64,000 nucleotides of DNA from the IMG/VR virus record IMGVR_UViG_3300047546_001190; one strand, 5' to 3'. This document shows positions 45,637-56,456 of the stretch, one piece after another. A model generated the notes under the pieces. That model made no database searches and was not told where the DNA came from. It worked only from the letters and a program-made list of their open reading frames with translations. Source of the stretch: an uncultured virus (IMG/VR IMGVR_UViG_3300047546_001190) (Duplodnaviria > Heunggongvirae > Uroviricota > Caudoviricetes). Each line of letters opens with the position of its first letter. Positions within the stretch are counted from its first letter, which is position 1. The position numbers and the translations under genes are program-made.

Positions 45637-48600
45637 ATGGGTCTCTCCAGATTAGATAATTTTCTGAAATCAACTCGTGGAACCATTCTCTATGTTGATC
45701 CAAGCAGTTTAGATTCGACCGATAGTATCGAGAATCAGGGAAACAGTCTCGCAAGACCTTTTAAGACGATTCAAAGGGCACTGATCGAGGCATCTAGATT
45801 CTCGTACCAAAGAGGATTAGATAACGATAGATTCAATAAGACCACGATTGTTTTATATCCTGGAGATCACCTTGTAGATAATCGTCCTGGTTATATTCCT
45901 GATGGAGCCAACAACTTTAGACTTCGTAGTGGAGCAACGACAGATAATCTTCCTCCATTTGATTTAACAACTAATTTTGATCTTACAACCGAAGATAACG
46001 CACTTTACAAACTGAATTCAATTCATGGCGGAGTTATTATTCCTCGTGGAACTTCAATTGTTGGTATGGATCTTCGTAAGACTAAGATTCGTCCTAAGTA
46101 TGTTCCAAACCCAGAAAATGATCAGATTGAGAGATCTGCAGTTTTCCGTGTAACTGGTGGTTGCTATCTTTGGCAGTTCAGTATTCTTGATGCTGACCCA
46201 AATGGAATTTGCTATAAGGATTATACAACTAATATCTTTGTTCCTAACTTCTCGCACCACAAACTCGCAGCATTTGAGTATGCTGATGGTGTGAATAATG
46301 TAAGTATTGCTGATGATTTCCAGACTTATTCTACAGATAGAACTGATCTGGATATGTATTATGAGAAGGTTGGTATTGTTTATGGACAAGCAAGTGGTCG
46401 TCCAATTGAACCTGATTATCCTTCATCTACTCTCGATATTCAGGCAGTTGTTGATGAATATCGTATCGTTGGTTCTCGTGGTGCTGAAGTTGGTATTTCC
46501 AGCATCAAAGCAGGTAATGGTATTACTCCAACAACTACAATTACTGTAACTCTCCAAGAGGAACTTCCTGGTCTGAATGTTGATACTCCTATCAGTATTC
46601 AAGGAATTACTGCTGCTGGTTATAACGGTCAATATGTTGTATCTGAAGTTAATAGTTCAACTGAGATTGTTTACCAAGTACAAAATGCTCCTGCAAATGC
46701 TCTTCCATCAGCAACTGGAGCAACTCTGAATATTGCTGTAGATACAGTAACTTCTGCTTCTCCTTATATCTTCAACATCTCCATGCGTTCTGTTTATGGA
46801 ATGTGTGGTCTACTTGCTGATGGTAGCAAGGCTGATGGATTTAAGAGTATGGTTATTGCACAGTTCACTGGTATTGGACTGCAAAAAGATGATAAAGCAT
46901 TTGTAAAATACGATTCTACATCAGGAACTTACAAAGACTATACTGTTATTAGTAGTCTTCATACAGATTCTCGTGCTAAATTCAGACCCGAATATGAGAA
47001 CTTCCATATTAAGGCAACTAATAATGCATTCTTACAGTTAGTATCCATCTTTGCAATTGGTTACGCCCAGCACTTTGTTGCAGAATCTGGTGGTGACCAC
47101 TCGATTACTAACTCAAACTCTAACTTTGGTGCAAAGTCTTTAGTTGCTTCTGGATATAGAAATGAAGCATTCCCAAGAGACGATATTGGATATATTACTC
47201 ATATCATTCCACCAAAAGAAAACGTAGAAACTGAAACAAGTATTGAGTTTGTTGCAATTGATGTTGGTGTAACTACTTCTGTTTCTGCAGGTGCTGCTAC
47301 TACAAGTAAGTTGTATCTTTATAATGAATTAAACAGAGATGTTCCTCCAACAACTACAATTGATGGATATCGTGTTGGTGCAAAACAAAACGATAGATTA
47401 TTCGTTCAGATTTCTCAGGCAGGAATCACTACAGAATATTCGGCAAGAATCATTATGCCAAATACGGCAGGTGGTTCTGAAACTTCTTATCAGAAATCTT
47501 TTGCTGTTGGTAGAAATGCTGGCATTAATAGCATTACAGCAAATGTAGTGACACTTGGACAAAATCATACATTTATTTCTGGAGAATCTATCAGAGTATT
47601 TGCCGAGAACGGTCATTTACCTGATGGATTAGAAAATAATCAAGTATACTATGCGATCACTAATACAATTGATGGTGCTCTTAATGCAAATCAAATTAAG
47701 ATTGCACAGTCACTAAATGATGCTCTCAGAAATTCATCTCTTACTATTAACAACAAAGGTGGAATTCTTAAAGTTGTAAGTAGAGTATCCGATAAATTAC
47801 CAGGAGAAATTGGACACCCTGTTCAGTTTGATACTCAGTGGTATGTAAACGTTGCTACTGCTTCTTCAGAAAATTCACTTTATGGTGCAATTGTTGGACT
47901 TGGAACTGCAAATCTCGGACAAGCAACACCAAGATCATACATCAAGAGAACTCCAGATACTCGTAGTATAATTGACACTACATATCGTCTGAGATATGTC
48001 CTTCCTAAGGATTCAAGTCTCTCGGCAAGACCTCCTCTTGATGGATATATCATCCAAGAATCTGGTAATGTAATTGGTTCTGGAACAACAGAAATTGTAA
48101 AATATTTCAATCCATCTACAGCAACTCTTTCCAACTCAACAGAACTGAGAAACTTTAGATTCATCGCAAATGCTGAGTGGGATGGAACTTATGCTAAGAT
48201 CACCACAGAACTTCCTCATAATCTTACTGTAGGTTCTCAAGTTGAAGTTATTAACATAAAGAGCACTGCAAATCCTGTAGGTGTTGCTAACTCTGAATAT
48301 AATGGAACCTTTACTGTTGCTGGCATCACAAGCACAAAACAGTTTAGTTATGCTCTGGATAGCAATCCAGGAACCTTTACAAATGATACTTCAGTAAGAA
48401 ATTCAAGTCTCCCTTACTTCAGAAGAAAGACTTTTGCGGGAACTTATCAGATTTACAGAAGCCAAGAGATCAAAAAGTATGTTCCTGGCATCCAAGATGG
48501 TGTTTACCACTTAATTGTTACAAATTCATCTAACTCACCTACAGTCGAACCATTTACATCATTAAGATTCTCTCAACCAATTCAGAATCTTTATCCTCAA

Positions 48601-51546
48601 ACAAATAGAGATAATGTAGTTTCTGATCCAGAAGCAGCAACTTGTTTTGCACTTCCAGACACAATCGGTCAAGTTGTTGTAAATGATTCTCAGAGAAGTA
48701 TCACTAAAGAATCATTAGGTGCTGGATTCCTTGATTTTAATGTTGGTGTTGGTCTAACAAATGTAGTATCAAACTCAGCAGGAACTGCACATACATTCTA
48801 TACCAGACTTGATCATGGATTTGCTGGTATCACTTCTGTCAGTATTGTAACTGGAGGTGCTGCTTATGGTTCTGGTTCTTCCGGAAATGCATATAATGCA
48901 AGACTTGTGGGATTTGCTGGTTCCACAACAGGTCAAAATGCAACTGCACAAGTAACCTTTGATAGTTCTGGAACAATTACTTCTATCCAGATTATGGATG
49001 GTGGTAGTGCATATGGTATTGGTAATACACTCTCTGTTGTAGGTATTGCAACAACAACTGGATTTACCGAGGCGGTTGTTGAAGTTACTCATATTGAAGA
49101 CTCAATTAATAACTCTATTCATCTTTATGGAGTTACTCCAGAGTCTAATAATGAATACAATAGTCTTTACAGAATCTCTGGAATTACTACTGGAAATACT
49201 AAACAGTTTGAAGTTGTTTCTGCAAATCCAATCAACAATCCATCTCAAGTTGGTCTTGGAATAACTGCAACTCTAACCTCAAATGCTGTTTCTGCTGGTA
49301 AGGCTCTTGGAGTTTCCACAATTTCTTACCTGCCTTCTTCTGGTTTATCGACAATTACATTCTATAATGCTCATGGATTGTTTGTTGGTAACAAGGTAAG
49401 AATTGGTGGAGCATCTGATAACTTCTTCAATAAAGATGTAGTTGTAACTAAGATTAACGGACAATCATCTCTGACTGTTAATGTTGGACTCGGAACAACT
49501 GTTGTTGGAACTGGAGGAAGCATCTTTGTTTACAGATATGCAATTTCTTCAAACTCTGGTGATGTTACTAATGATAATGAAAATATTGGGGGAAGACTTC
49601 TAACTGAATATGCTGGTATTACAACGACTCTGAATGCTGATATTCTTGGTAGTGATCCAGATACAACTCCACTTACAATTGTTGGGGCAGATACCTTAGG
49701 ATTAAAAATTGGTGATTATCTGCAAGTAGATGAAGAAATTTTCAGAGTAAAAGAAACAGTATCTGGAAACTCTGTAAATGTTTTCCGTGAGTTGTTTGGA
49801 ACTTCAAGAGAAACTCATACAACTGGAACAATAGTTAAGAAGATCAATCTAAGACCAATTGAACTTCGTAGAAATTCTATTATCCGTGCATCAGGACATA
49901 CATTTGAGTATCTTGGTTTTGGTCCTGGTAACTATTCAACTGCATTACCAGAAAGACAAGATAGAATTGTTTCTCCTCAAGAAGAACTGATTGCTCAAAG
50001 TACAAAAGTTGACGGTGGTATTAGCATCTTCACTGCGATGAACAGTGATGGCGATTTCTATACTGGCAATAAGAAAGTCAACTCAGCAACAGGTCAAGAA
50101 GAAGTATTTGATGCACCTGTTCCAACAGTAACTGGTGAAGAAATTGATACTGGAAATATCAGTGTTGGTTTTGATGTTCTGACACCACTCGAAGCATCAA
50201 TTACAAGGTCACTGAGAGTTGAAGGTGGTCCTGATGGAAATCTTGTTTCCGAATTTGATGGTCCTGTTATCTTTAATAATAAAATTACATCAAATTCAAG
50301 TAAAGGTATTGAGGCAACTTCACTCTTCCTTCAGGGAACTGAGAATGTTTCAAGAAAATATACCATTAGCAATACAAAACCAACTCTTGCTGGTAACTAT
50401 GGTGATATCAACTTTAATTCGTTACCAAACAAGTATGGATTTGTTGGTTGGAGTTATGTAACTACAAACACTTGGGAACCATTTGGATTTATCGGTGGTC
50501 AAGGTGTTGGTATTTCATCTGGTGGTTCTTATGTTGGTTTCTCAACTTTACTGAATTTGGTTGCTACTGGATTTACTTTTGGTGTATCTTATGATTCAGC
50601 ATCAGGCATTAGCACTATTACTTGGGATGCTGATCCAAGAATTGGAATTTACACTGGAGCAAATGCATCAAACTTCTTAGGAAGAGTTAAAAATCTCAAC
50701 TTTGTAGGTGGAGCAATTACTCTATCTGGTGGAACTGATGTAGGTATTGCAACAATTTATATTTCAACTACAGGAGTTGCTGGAACAAATCCAGGACTTC
50801 CTTTAAACTCCTTACAGTGGAATAATAATGATGCGTTTAATGGAACTCCAATTGCTTTCTATGATCCAAATCTTGGTCAAATTAGATTTGGAAGTGATAC
50901 TAATATTCTGAATTCAATATTCTTTAATAGTGCAGGTTCTGTTGGTTTTGCATCTACTCAACCAACATCAAAAGTTGAAATTGTTGCAGATAATGAAACC
51001 TCACTCTATATCAAGTCTACAAGTGGAACTGATATTGTAAGAGTTGATAATTCACTGAATGATACAACTCCATTCATTATTGATGCAAATGGAAGAGTTG
51101 GTATTAATACAGGAACTACTGTTGCGGCTCTTGATGTTGTAGGAAATGCTGCTATTACTGGAGCAGTTAGAATTTATGAGATTGACAGAAGCAATTACGT
51201 TGGTCTTCAAGTTGGTTCTTTAGGTTCAAATCTAACCTTCACACTTCCAACTTCTTATGGTAGTGCTAATCAGGTTCTGACTGATAATGGATCAGGAACT
51301 CTTTCTTGGACTAGTGTTTCTAGACAGAATGTTGCTGCCGGTAATGGCATTTCTCTTACAAATGCAACTTCTGGTGGTATTACAACTTCCACGATTACCA
51401 ACACAGGAGTTACAAAAATAATCGCAGGACTTGGAGTTTCCATAAGCCCTGCGAGTGGAACTGGTGATGTAACTGTTACCGCAAGTGGTGGTTCTGGAAC
51501 TTTATATCCATTTACTACTCGTGGATTTAGTTATGTCTTAATTTAA
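45637..51546 (+). CDS. large tail fibre / baseplate structural protein (1969 aa)
   Basis: YVDP..D..G.S..RPFKTIQRA N-terminus, beta-rich repeats, VGINT fibre motifs. Confidence 0.8.
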   Translation: MGLSRLDNFLKSTRGTILYVDPSSLDSTDSIENQGNSLARPFKTIQRALIEASRFSYQRGLDNDRFNKTTIVLYPGDHLVDNRPGYIPDGANNFRLRSGATTDNLPPFDLTTNFDLTTEDNALYKLNSIHGGVIIPRGTSIVGMDLRKTKIRPKYVPNPENDQIERSAVFRVTGGCYLWQFSILDADPNGICYKDYTTNIFVPNFSHHKLAAFEYADGVNNVSIADDFQTYSTDRTDLDMYYEKVGIVYGQASGRPIEPDYPSSTLDIQAVVDEYRIVGSRGAEVGISSIKAGNGITPTTTITVTLQEELPGLNVDTPISIQGITAAGYNGQYVVSEVNSSTEIVYQVQNAPANALPSATGATLNIAVDTVTSASPYIFNISMRSVYGMCGLLADGSKADGFKSMVIAQFTGIGLQKDDKAFVKYDSTSGTYKDYTVISSLHTDSRAKFRPEYENFHIKATNNAFLQLVSIFAIGYAQHFVAESGGDHSITNSNSNFGAKSLVASGYRNEAFPRDDIGYITHIIPPKENVETETSIEFVAIDVGVTTSVSAGAATTSKLYLYNELNRDVPPTTTIDGYRVGAKQNDRLFVQISQAGITTEYSARIIMPNTAGGSETSYQKSFAVGRNAGINSITANVVTLGQNHTFISGESIRVFAENGHLPDGLENNQVYYAITNTIDGALNANQIKIAQSLNDALRNSSLTINNKGGILKVVSRVSDKLPGEIGHPVQFDTQWYVNVATASSENSLYGAIVGLGTANLGQATPRSYIKRTPDTRSIIDTTYRLRYVLPKDSSLSARPPLDGYIIQESGNVIGSGTTEIVKYFNPSTATLSNSTELRNFRFIANAEWDGTYAKITTELPHNLTVGSQVEVINIKSTANPVGVANSEYNGTFTVAGITSTKQFSYALDSNPGTFTNDTSVRNSSLPYFRRKTFAGTYQIYRSQEIKKYVPGIQDGVYHLIVTNSSNSPTVEPFTSLRFSQPIQNLYPQTNRDNVVSDPEAATCFALPDTIGQVVVNDSQRSITKESLGAGFLDFNVGVGLTNVVSNSAGTAHTFYTRLDHGFAGITSVSIVTGGAAYGSGSSGNAYNARLVGFAGSTTGQNATAQVTFDSSGTITSIQIMDGGSAYGIGNTLSVVGIATTTGFTEAVVEVTHIEDSINNSIHLYGVTPESNNEYNSLYRISGITTGNTKQFEVVSANPINNPSQVGLGITATLTSNAVSAGKALGVSTISYLPSSGLSTITFYNAHGLFVGNKVRIGGASDNFFNKDVVVTKINGQSSLTVNVGLGTTVVGTGGSIFVYRYAISSNSGDVTNDNENIGGRLLTEYAGITTTLNADILGSDPDTTPLTIVGADTLGLKIGDYLQVDEEIFRVKETVSGNSVNVFRELFGTSRETHTTGTIVKKINLRPIELRRNSIIRASGHTFEYLGFGPGNYSTALPERQDRIVSPQEELIAQSTKVDGGISIFTAMNSDGDFYTGNKKVNSATGQEEVFDAPVPTVTGEEIDTGNISVGFDVLTPLEASITRSLRVEGGPDGNLVSEFDGPVIFNNKITSNSSKGIEATSLFLQGTENVSRKYTISNTKPTLAGNYGDINFNSLPNKYGFVGWSYVTTNTWEPFGFIGGQGVGISSGGSYVGFSTLLNLVATGFTFGVSYDSASGISTITWDADPRIGIYTGANASNFLGRVKNLNFVGGAITLSGGTDVGIATIYISTTGVAGTNPGLPLNSLQWNNNDAFNGTPIAFYDPNLGQIRFGSDTNILNSIFFNSAGSVGFASTQPTSKVEIVADNETSLYIKSTSGTDIVRVDNSLNDTTPFIIDANGRVGINTGTTVAALDVVGNAAITGAVRIYEIDRSNYVGLQVGSLGSNLTFTLPTSYGSANQVLTDNGSGTLSWTSVSRQNVAAGNGISLTNATSGGITTSTITNTGVTKIIAGLGVSISPASGTGDVTVTASGGSGTLYPFTTRGFSYVLI

Positions 51547-51779
51547 GATCCATCTTCTTTGATAACAGCAATATTATAAGGACCACACACGGCACTGAAT
51601 GATTGATTTGGTGCCAACATCACTTCTTTTGGTAGTGGTCCTGATGCTGATACTGCAGAAACTCCTGCCCAGTTAACAGCAGTTGCATTCGAAAGAAAGT
51701 TAAGAATAACACGGACATTTTTACCTGTGTTATTTGTATATGTTGGATTTGATGCTCCACTAAAAACTTGAGATGCCAT
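51543..51779 (-). CDS. small beta-rich protein, paralog of the adjacent gene
   Basis: MASQVFSGASNPTYTNNTGKNVR...EVMLAPNQSF...IKEDGS. Confidence 0.7.
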   Translation of the reverse strand: MASQVFSGASNPTYTNNTGKNVRVILNFLSNATAVNWAGVSAVSASGPLPKEVMLAPNQSFSAVCGPYNIAVIKEDGS

Positions 51780-51780
51780 A

Positions 51781-52242
51781 TCAGGTCCCATCCTCTTTGA
51801 TTACGATAGCATTATAAGCACCACAAACAGAAGTAAATGATTGTCCGTTTGCAAGCATTATTTCTGTTGGAAAATTTCTATTTGTTGATGGAACTAGATT
51901 TAATGTTCCCGTTGCTGGATTAGGTGGAGACGTTGGAACAGAACGTGGATCTTGAAGTGTAAAATCAATAGGTCCATTAATAGTTGCTCTAAATATATTA
52001 TCATTACCACCAGGTATAATTCTTGCATTAAGATATCCTGTAGGTATAGTCATAGTAAAATTAGATGCACTATAAGAAATAGGAACATCTTTACCAATTG
52101 TGGTAGCACTTGCAGTTACTGTTACTCCTGCCCAAGTCATCGAAGTAACATTAGACATATAATTAATAATTAATCTAACATTCTGACCTGTATTATTTGT
52201 ATAGGAAGCATTATTTGCTCCACTCAATATCTGAGACGCCAT
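51781..52242 (-). CDS. beta-rich protein, paralog of the adjacent gene
   Basis: MASQILSGANNASYTNNTGQNVR...EIMLANGQSF...IKEDGT; ATAAATA upstream on the minus strand. Confidence 0.7.
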   Translation of the reverse strand: MASQILSGANNASYTNNTGQNVRLIINYMSNVTSMTWAGVTVTASATTIGKDVPISYSASNFTMTIPTGYLNARIIPGGNDNIFRATINGPIDFTLQDPRSVPTSPPNPATGTLNLVPSTNRNFPTEIMLANGQSFTSVCGAYNAIVIKEDGT

Positions 52243-52304
52243 ATTAATTCTTAAATGCTTTTCTTGTATTTATAAATAAGTAAAAAGGTTGGCGCTCTCC
52301 ACCG

Positions 52305-54815
52305 ATGGCATTTCAAAAGAATTTTGTCGTAAAAAACGGGTTAGAAGTTAGAGATAATCTTATATTTGCTGATAATGAGGCAAATACGGTTGGAATTGGG
52401 ACTACTATTGCCGAAGAAAAACTTCAAGTAAATGGTGGAATTGGTGGTACAAGTATTGTTTTAAGTGGTGTCGGCACCATACCAACAATCAAATCCACAA
52501 ATGCTCTAATTGATAATGGATATATAAATTCTGGTATTGTAACTTCGATTACTGGCACGGGACTAACATATACTACCGGTAATTTTAATATACTTAATGC
52601 CACTACAGGTAACATAGTTTCTGGAGTAGTAACAAACTTAACAGGAACTATATCAACTTATACCACTGGTAATTTTACTACAGGTAATCTCACAACACTT
52701 AATGCCACCACTGGTAACATAGTTTCTGGAGTAGTAACAAATCTCTCCGGGACTATATCAACTTATACGAGTGCTAATCTCACAACACTTAATGCCACCA
52801 CTGGTAATATAGTTTCTGGAGTTGTTACTAATCTTTCTGGTACTATATCAACTTACACCACAGGTAATCTCACAACACTTAATGCCACTACAGGTAACAT
52901 AGTTTCTGGAATTGTTACAAACTTATCAGGAACTATATCAACTTATACTACAGGTAATTTTACCACACTTAATGCCACCACTGGTAATATAGTTTCTGGA
53001 GTTGTTACTAATCTTTCTGGTACTATATCAACTTATACTAGTGCTAATCTTACCACACTTAATGCCACCACTGGTAATATAGTTTCTGGAGTTGTTACTA
53101 ATCTTTCTGGTACTATATCAACTTATACTACAGGTAATTTTACCACAGGTAATTTTACCACAGGCAATCTCACAACACTTAATGCCACCACTGGTAATAT
53201 AGTTTCTGGAGTTGTTACTAATCTTTCTGGTACTATATCAACTTATACTAATTCATATTCAACAACACTAAACTCAGGAACAGTTTTAACATCAAATCTT
53301 TATGCAGTTTCTGGTGTTGTTACTTCTGTCAGTGGTTCTGCATTAAATTACACAAATATATCAGGTTCTCGTTTAAATGTTTCTGGTGTTTCTACAGTTG
53401 GATCACTTTCTATTGGTTCGACTCAGATCATTAGTTCAGGTAGACAACTTCAAAATATAGTTTCTTTAGATTCTACCACCACATCCACAGTTCAGAATGC
53501 AATCACATTCCCTAATAGTTTTACCAATATTCAAGTAACAGGTATTGCTACTATTGGAACTGTTAGAATTAACTCTGGTATTATTAGTGCAACATCGGGT
53601 GTTGTAACTTATTATGGAGATGCTACATATCTACAAAATATTCCTCCAGGTAATCCAAGTGGTTCGGATACTCAAGTTCAGTATAATAATGCAGGATCAT
53701 TTGGTGCAAGTAGCAACTTCACTTTTAATGGTGGAACTGTAACTGTAGGATCTGCTGTTACTATAAATGCAACAGGAATTAATGCAAATTCTGGTGTTAT
53801 TACAGCAACTACTTTTGTTGGTTCTTTGAGTGGTAATTCAACTACTGCAACTACTGCTACTAACGCAAATAATATTAATGTTGCTGATGAAAGTGCTGAT
53901 ACTACTTGTTTCCCCGTATTTACAACCGATGCAACAGGAAATCAGGCACCTAAGACAGATTCTAGTTCTTTAACATACAACGCATCTGCAGGAACTTTAT
54001 CAGCAACTAATTTTAGTGGAACTACTGCAACAATATCGGGAAATTCTTCAGGAAATATTGTAAGAATTACTCAAGAAGGATCTGGAAATGCTTTATTAGT
54101 TGAAGACTCTGCAAATCCAGACACAACTCCTTTTGTCGTTACTGGTATTGGTAGTGTTGGTATTGGAACATCAGCACCAATTAACACCTTAGATGTTCAT
54201 GGAACTCTCCGACTTGCAAGACAAGATTCGGTTTCTGATGGTGGAGAAATGGTCTTTGCCAGATCATCAGATAATACTAATGCATGGGCTATTGATGTAT
54301 TTGGAAGTGGTTCAAATCCAAACTTTAGAATTACAGATTCTACTCAATCAGCAACAAGAATTCATATTGGATCTGGTGGTAATGTAGGTATTGGTTCTAC
54401 TGCAACATCAAGACTTCATGTATTTGGTAATGCAAATATAACTGGTATAATAACTGCAACTCAAACATCTACAGTTTTAACAAATTATTCCGAAAAAATA
54501 AATGCTTTAGGAAATACAGGAATTGCAGCAACCGTTAATCTTGCAAATGGAAATTTTGTAACAGCAACTCTCACTGATAATTGCACATTTACTTTCACGA
54601 CAGGTATTGGAACAGGTGCTCAATCATTTACATTATTCTTGACAAATGATGCAACACCAAGTAGAACAATTACTTGGCCAGTAACTGTCAAGTGGCCTGG
54701 TGGATCTACTCCAGTTAGAACAGAAACTGCAAATAAGACTGATGTATATTCATTCTTTACCTTTGACAACGGATCTAACTGGTACGGAACTCTGTCTATA
54801 TACAATTACTCATAA
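52305..54815 (+). CDS. tail fibre protein with tandem repeats
   Basis: KNFVVKNGL start, T/N/G-rich repeats, VGIGT motifs, C-terminal WP..VKWPGG.TP..DVYSF domain. Confidence 0.82.
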   Translation: MAFQKNFVVKNGLEVRDNLIFADNEANTVGIGTTIAEEKLQVNGGIGGTSIVLSGVGTIPTIKSTNALIDNGYINSGIVTSITGTGLTYTTGNFNILNATTGNIVSGVVTNLTGTISTYTTGNFTTGNLTTLNATTGNIVSGVVTNLSGTISTYTSANLTTLNATTGNIVSGVVTNLSGTISTYTTGNLTTLNATTGNIVSGIVTNLSGTISTYTTGNFTTLNATTGNIVSGVVTNLSGTISTYTSANLTTLNATTGNIVSGVVTNLSGTISTYTTGNFTTGNFTTGNLTTLNATTGNIVSGVVTNLSGTISTYTNSYSTTLNSGTVLTSNLYAVSGVVTSVSGSALNYTNISGSRLNVSGVSTVGSLSIGSTQIISSGRQLQNIVSLDSTTTSTVQNAITFPNSFTNIQVTGIATIGTVRINSGIISATSGVVTYYGDATYLQNIPPGNPSGSDTQVQYNNAGSFGASSNFTFNGGTVTVGSAVTINATGINANSGVITATTFVGSLSGNSTTATTATNANNINVADESADTTCFPVFTTDATGNQAPKTDSSSLTYNASAGTLSATNFSGTTATISGNSSGNIVRITQEGSGNALLVEDSANPDTTPFVVTGIGSVGIGTSAPINTLDVHGTLRLARQDSVSDGGEMVFARSSDNTNAWAIDVFGSGSNPNFRITDSTQSATRIHIGSGGNVGIGSTATSRLHVFGNANITGIITATQTSTVLTNYSEKINALGNTGIAATVNLANGNFVTATLTDNCTFTFTTGIGTGAQSFTLFLTNDATPSRTITWPVTVKWPGGSTPVRTETANKTDVYSFFTFDNGSNWYGTLSIYNYS
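52560..53250 (+). repeat. in-frame tandem repeat, 7 copies of a ~90-nt (30-aa) unit
   Basis: LNATTGNIVSGVVTNLSGTISTYT(T/S)..LTT repeated, with occasional 5-aa (TGNFT) expansions. Confidence 0.85.
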
Positions 54816-54825
54816 TTAATTCTCT

Positions 54826-55416
54826 ATGAAAACACAATATAATGACTTTATTGGGATGTACCAAGAGGTATTCCCAGATGGATTTTGTAGTCACGTAATT
54901 TCTGAGTTTGAAAGATTATTAGTATCTGGTGCTTGTTCCAACCGTCAGGATTCTGAAGGAATAACAAAGACAAGAAAACAAGATTTTCATTATTTCTTGA
55001 ATATGAGAAATAATGTGATGTCAGATTTTAATAATGTTCCAGTTTTAGATATATTTTTTAATAGTCTACAGAATTGTTTTGATGATTATGTAAGTGAATT
55101 TGATATTCTAAGAGATTACAACTTAAGATGTACATCGGTTAAAATACAAAAAACAGATCCTGGGGCAGGATATCACGTTTGGCACGCAGAACAAGGTCCT
55201 GATGCTGATTCCTCAAGATGTTTAGTATATTCCGCATATCTAAATGATATTGATGATGCAGGAGAAACTGAGTTCTTGTATCAGAAACTTAGAGTTCCAC
55301 CAAAAGAAAACACGATGGTCATTTGGCCTGCTGCATTTACTCATACTCATCGGGGTAATGTAGTTCACGGGAATAAATCTAAATACATAATAACAGGTTG
55401 GTTTTATATAGAGTAA
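54826..55416 (+). CDS. 2OG-Fe(II) oxygenase (prolyl-4-hydroxylase-like)
   Basis: GYHVWHAE, YLND...GETEF, WPA.FTH.HRG, KYIITGW. Confidence 0.85.
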   Translation: MKTQYNDFIGMYQEVFPDGFCSHVISEFERLLVSGACSNRQDSEGITKTRKQDFHYFLNMRNNVMSDFNNVPVLDIFFNSLQNCFDDYVSEFDILRDYNLRCTSVKIQKTDPGAGYHVWHAEQGPDADSSRCLVYSAYLNDIDDAGETEFLYQKLRVPPKENTMVIWPAAFTHTHRGNVVHGNKSKYIITGWFYIE

Positions 55417-55417
55417 A

Positions 55418-56431
55418 ATGACATTTCCATTCAATATTAGAAGGGGAAATATGCAGGCAGCAGGGAGCATTACTTTTAATGCTCCTGGAACTTGGACAAC
55501 TCCTGCACGTCTCTTAAGAATAAATGTTGAAGGACAGGGAGGAGCAGGAAATCCTGGTGCTGTTGGCACTGGTGGAACTGCAGGAACTGGGGGAACTGGT
55601 AATAGTGCAACCTCCGGAGCAGGAGGAGGTGGTGGAGGAGGAGGAGCTGCACAAACAACTCCTACTGATGCTGGAGATGGAGGAAGTCCTGGATCTAGTG
55701 GTTTAGCTGGCGGAGGAACTGGAAATATTGGTGGTGGTGCCGGTTTCGGGGGCGGCCGACCAACGGCGGTGCCTGGTTTTGGGAATGCGGGGAATGCTGG
55801 ATCTTCTGGACCAGCAGGAGTTGCAAATCCAGGGAATGCAGGAAACCCAGGAAATATTGGTATTTCTGGAAACACTGGAGATTCTTCTATTGCATTTGGA
55901 ATTACATTTCTTGGTGGCGCTGGCGGTGCGGGCGGTACTGGAAATGCTGGAACTCCTGGAAATCCCGGAAATCAGGGTGCAGGTGGGGGACATGGAAATG
56001 GAGGTGGTGGTGGTGGTAGAGTACCAGGGCCTGCTGCTGGGGGTCTAGCTGGTTCTGGTGGGCCACCTGGTGGATCTTCTGGTACTGGAGGTAGTCCTGG
56101 AGGTTCTACTAGTCCCAACGGTGTTCGAGGTGGTGGTGGATCTGGAGGAGCAGGACCTGGAGGAGCAGGTGGAGCAGGTGGACAAGGTGGTAGGAACCCA
56201 GCGCTTCCTGCAGGAGGTGGTGCAGGTGGAGGAGGAGGTGGAGGTGCCGGTGGTCCTGGATCTTTAGGAAATCCAGGAAGCTCAGGAATTGCAGGAAATC
56301 CAGTAGCAGGAAGTGTGGGAGATCCAGCAACTCCAAGCACATCTACATCAGTTGTCGTAACACCTAGAACAGCATATCCAATTACTGTTGCCCCAGGAGG
56401 GTTCGTCACAATTACCTGGAACGCACAATAA
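55418..56431 (+). CDS. glycine-rich protein with G-X-X triplet runs, probably virion-associated
   Basis: FNAPGTWT.P N-terminus, GNAGNPG runs, YPITV..GG.VTITW C-terminus. Confidence 0.75.
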   Translation: MTFPFNIRRGNMQAAGSITFNAPGTWTTPARLLRINVEGQGGAGNPGAVGTGGTAGTGGTGNSATSGAGGGGGGGGAAQTTPTDAGDGGSPGSSGLAGGGTGNIGGGAGFGGGRPTAVPGFGNAGNAGSSGPAGVANPGNAGNPGNIGISGNTGDSSIAFGITFLGGAGGAGGTGNAGTPGNPGNQGAGGGHGNGGGGGGRVPGPAAGGLAGSGGPPGGSSGTGGSPGGSTSPNGVRGGGGSGGAGPGGAGGAGGQGGRNPALPAGGGAGGGGGGGAGGPGSLGNPGSSGIAGNPVAGSVGDPATPSTSTSVVVTPRTAYPITVAPGGFVTITWNAQ

Positions 56432-56456
56432 ATACAAAAAACACTGAAGGTTTATT

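Noticed and set aside
52560..53250. CRISPR array or DGR template/variable repeat
   Set aside because: Repeats are contiguous, in-frame coding units with no unique spacers; no cas or reverse transcriptase gene in the window.
55240..56409. Pro-rich minus-strand ORFs (211 aa and 145 aa)
   Set aside because: Antisense shadows of GGN codons in the glycine-rich gene.
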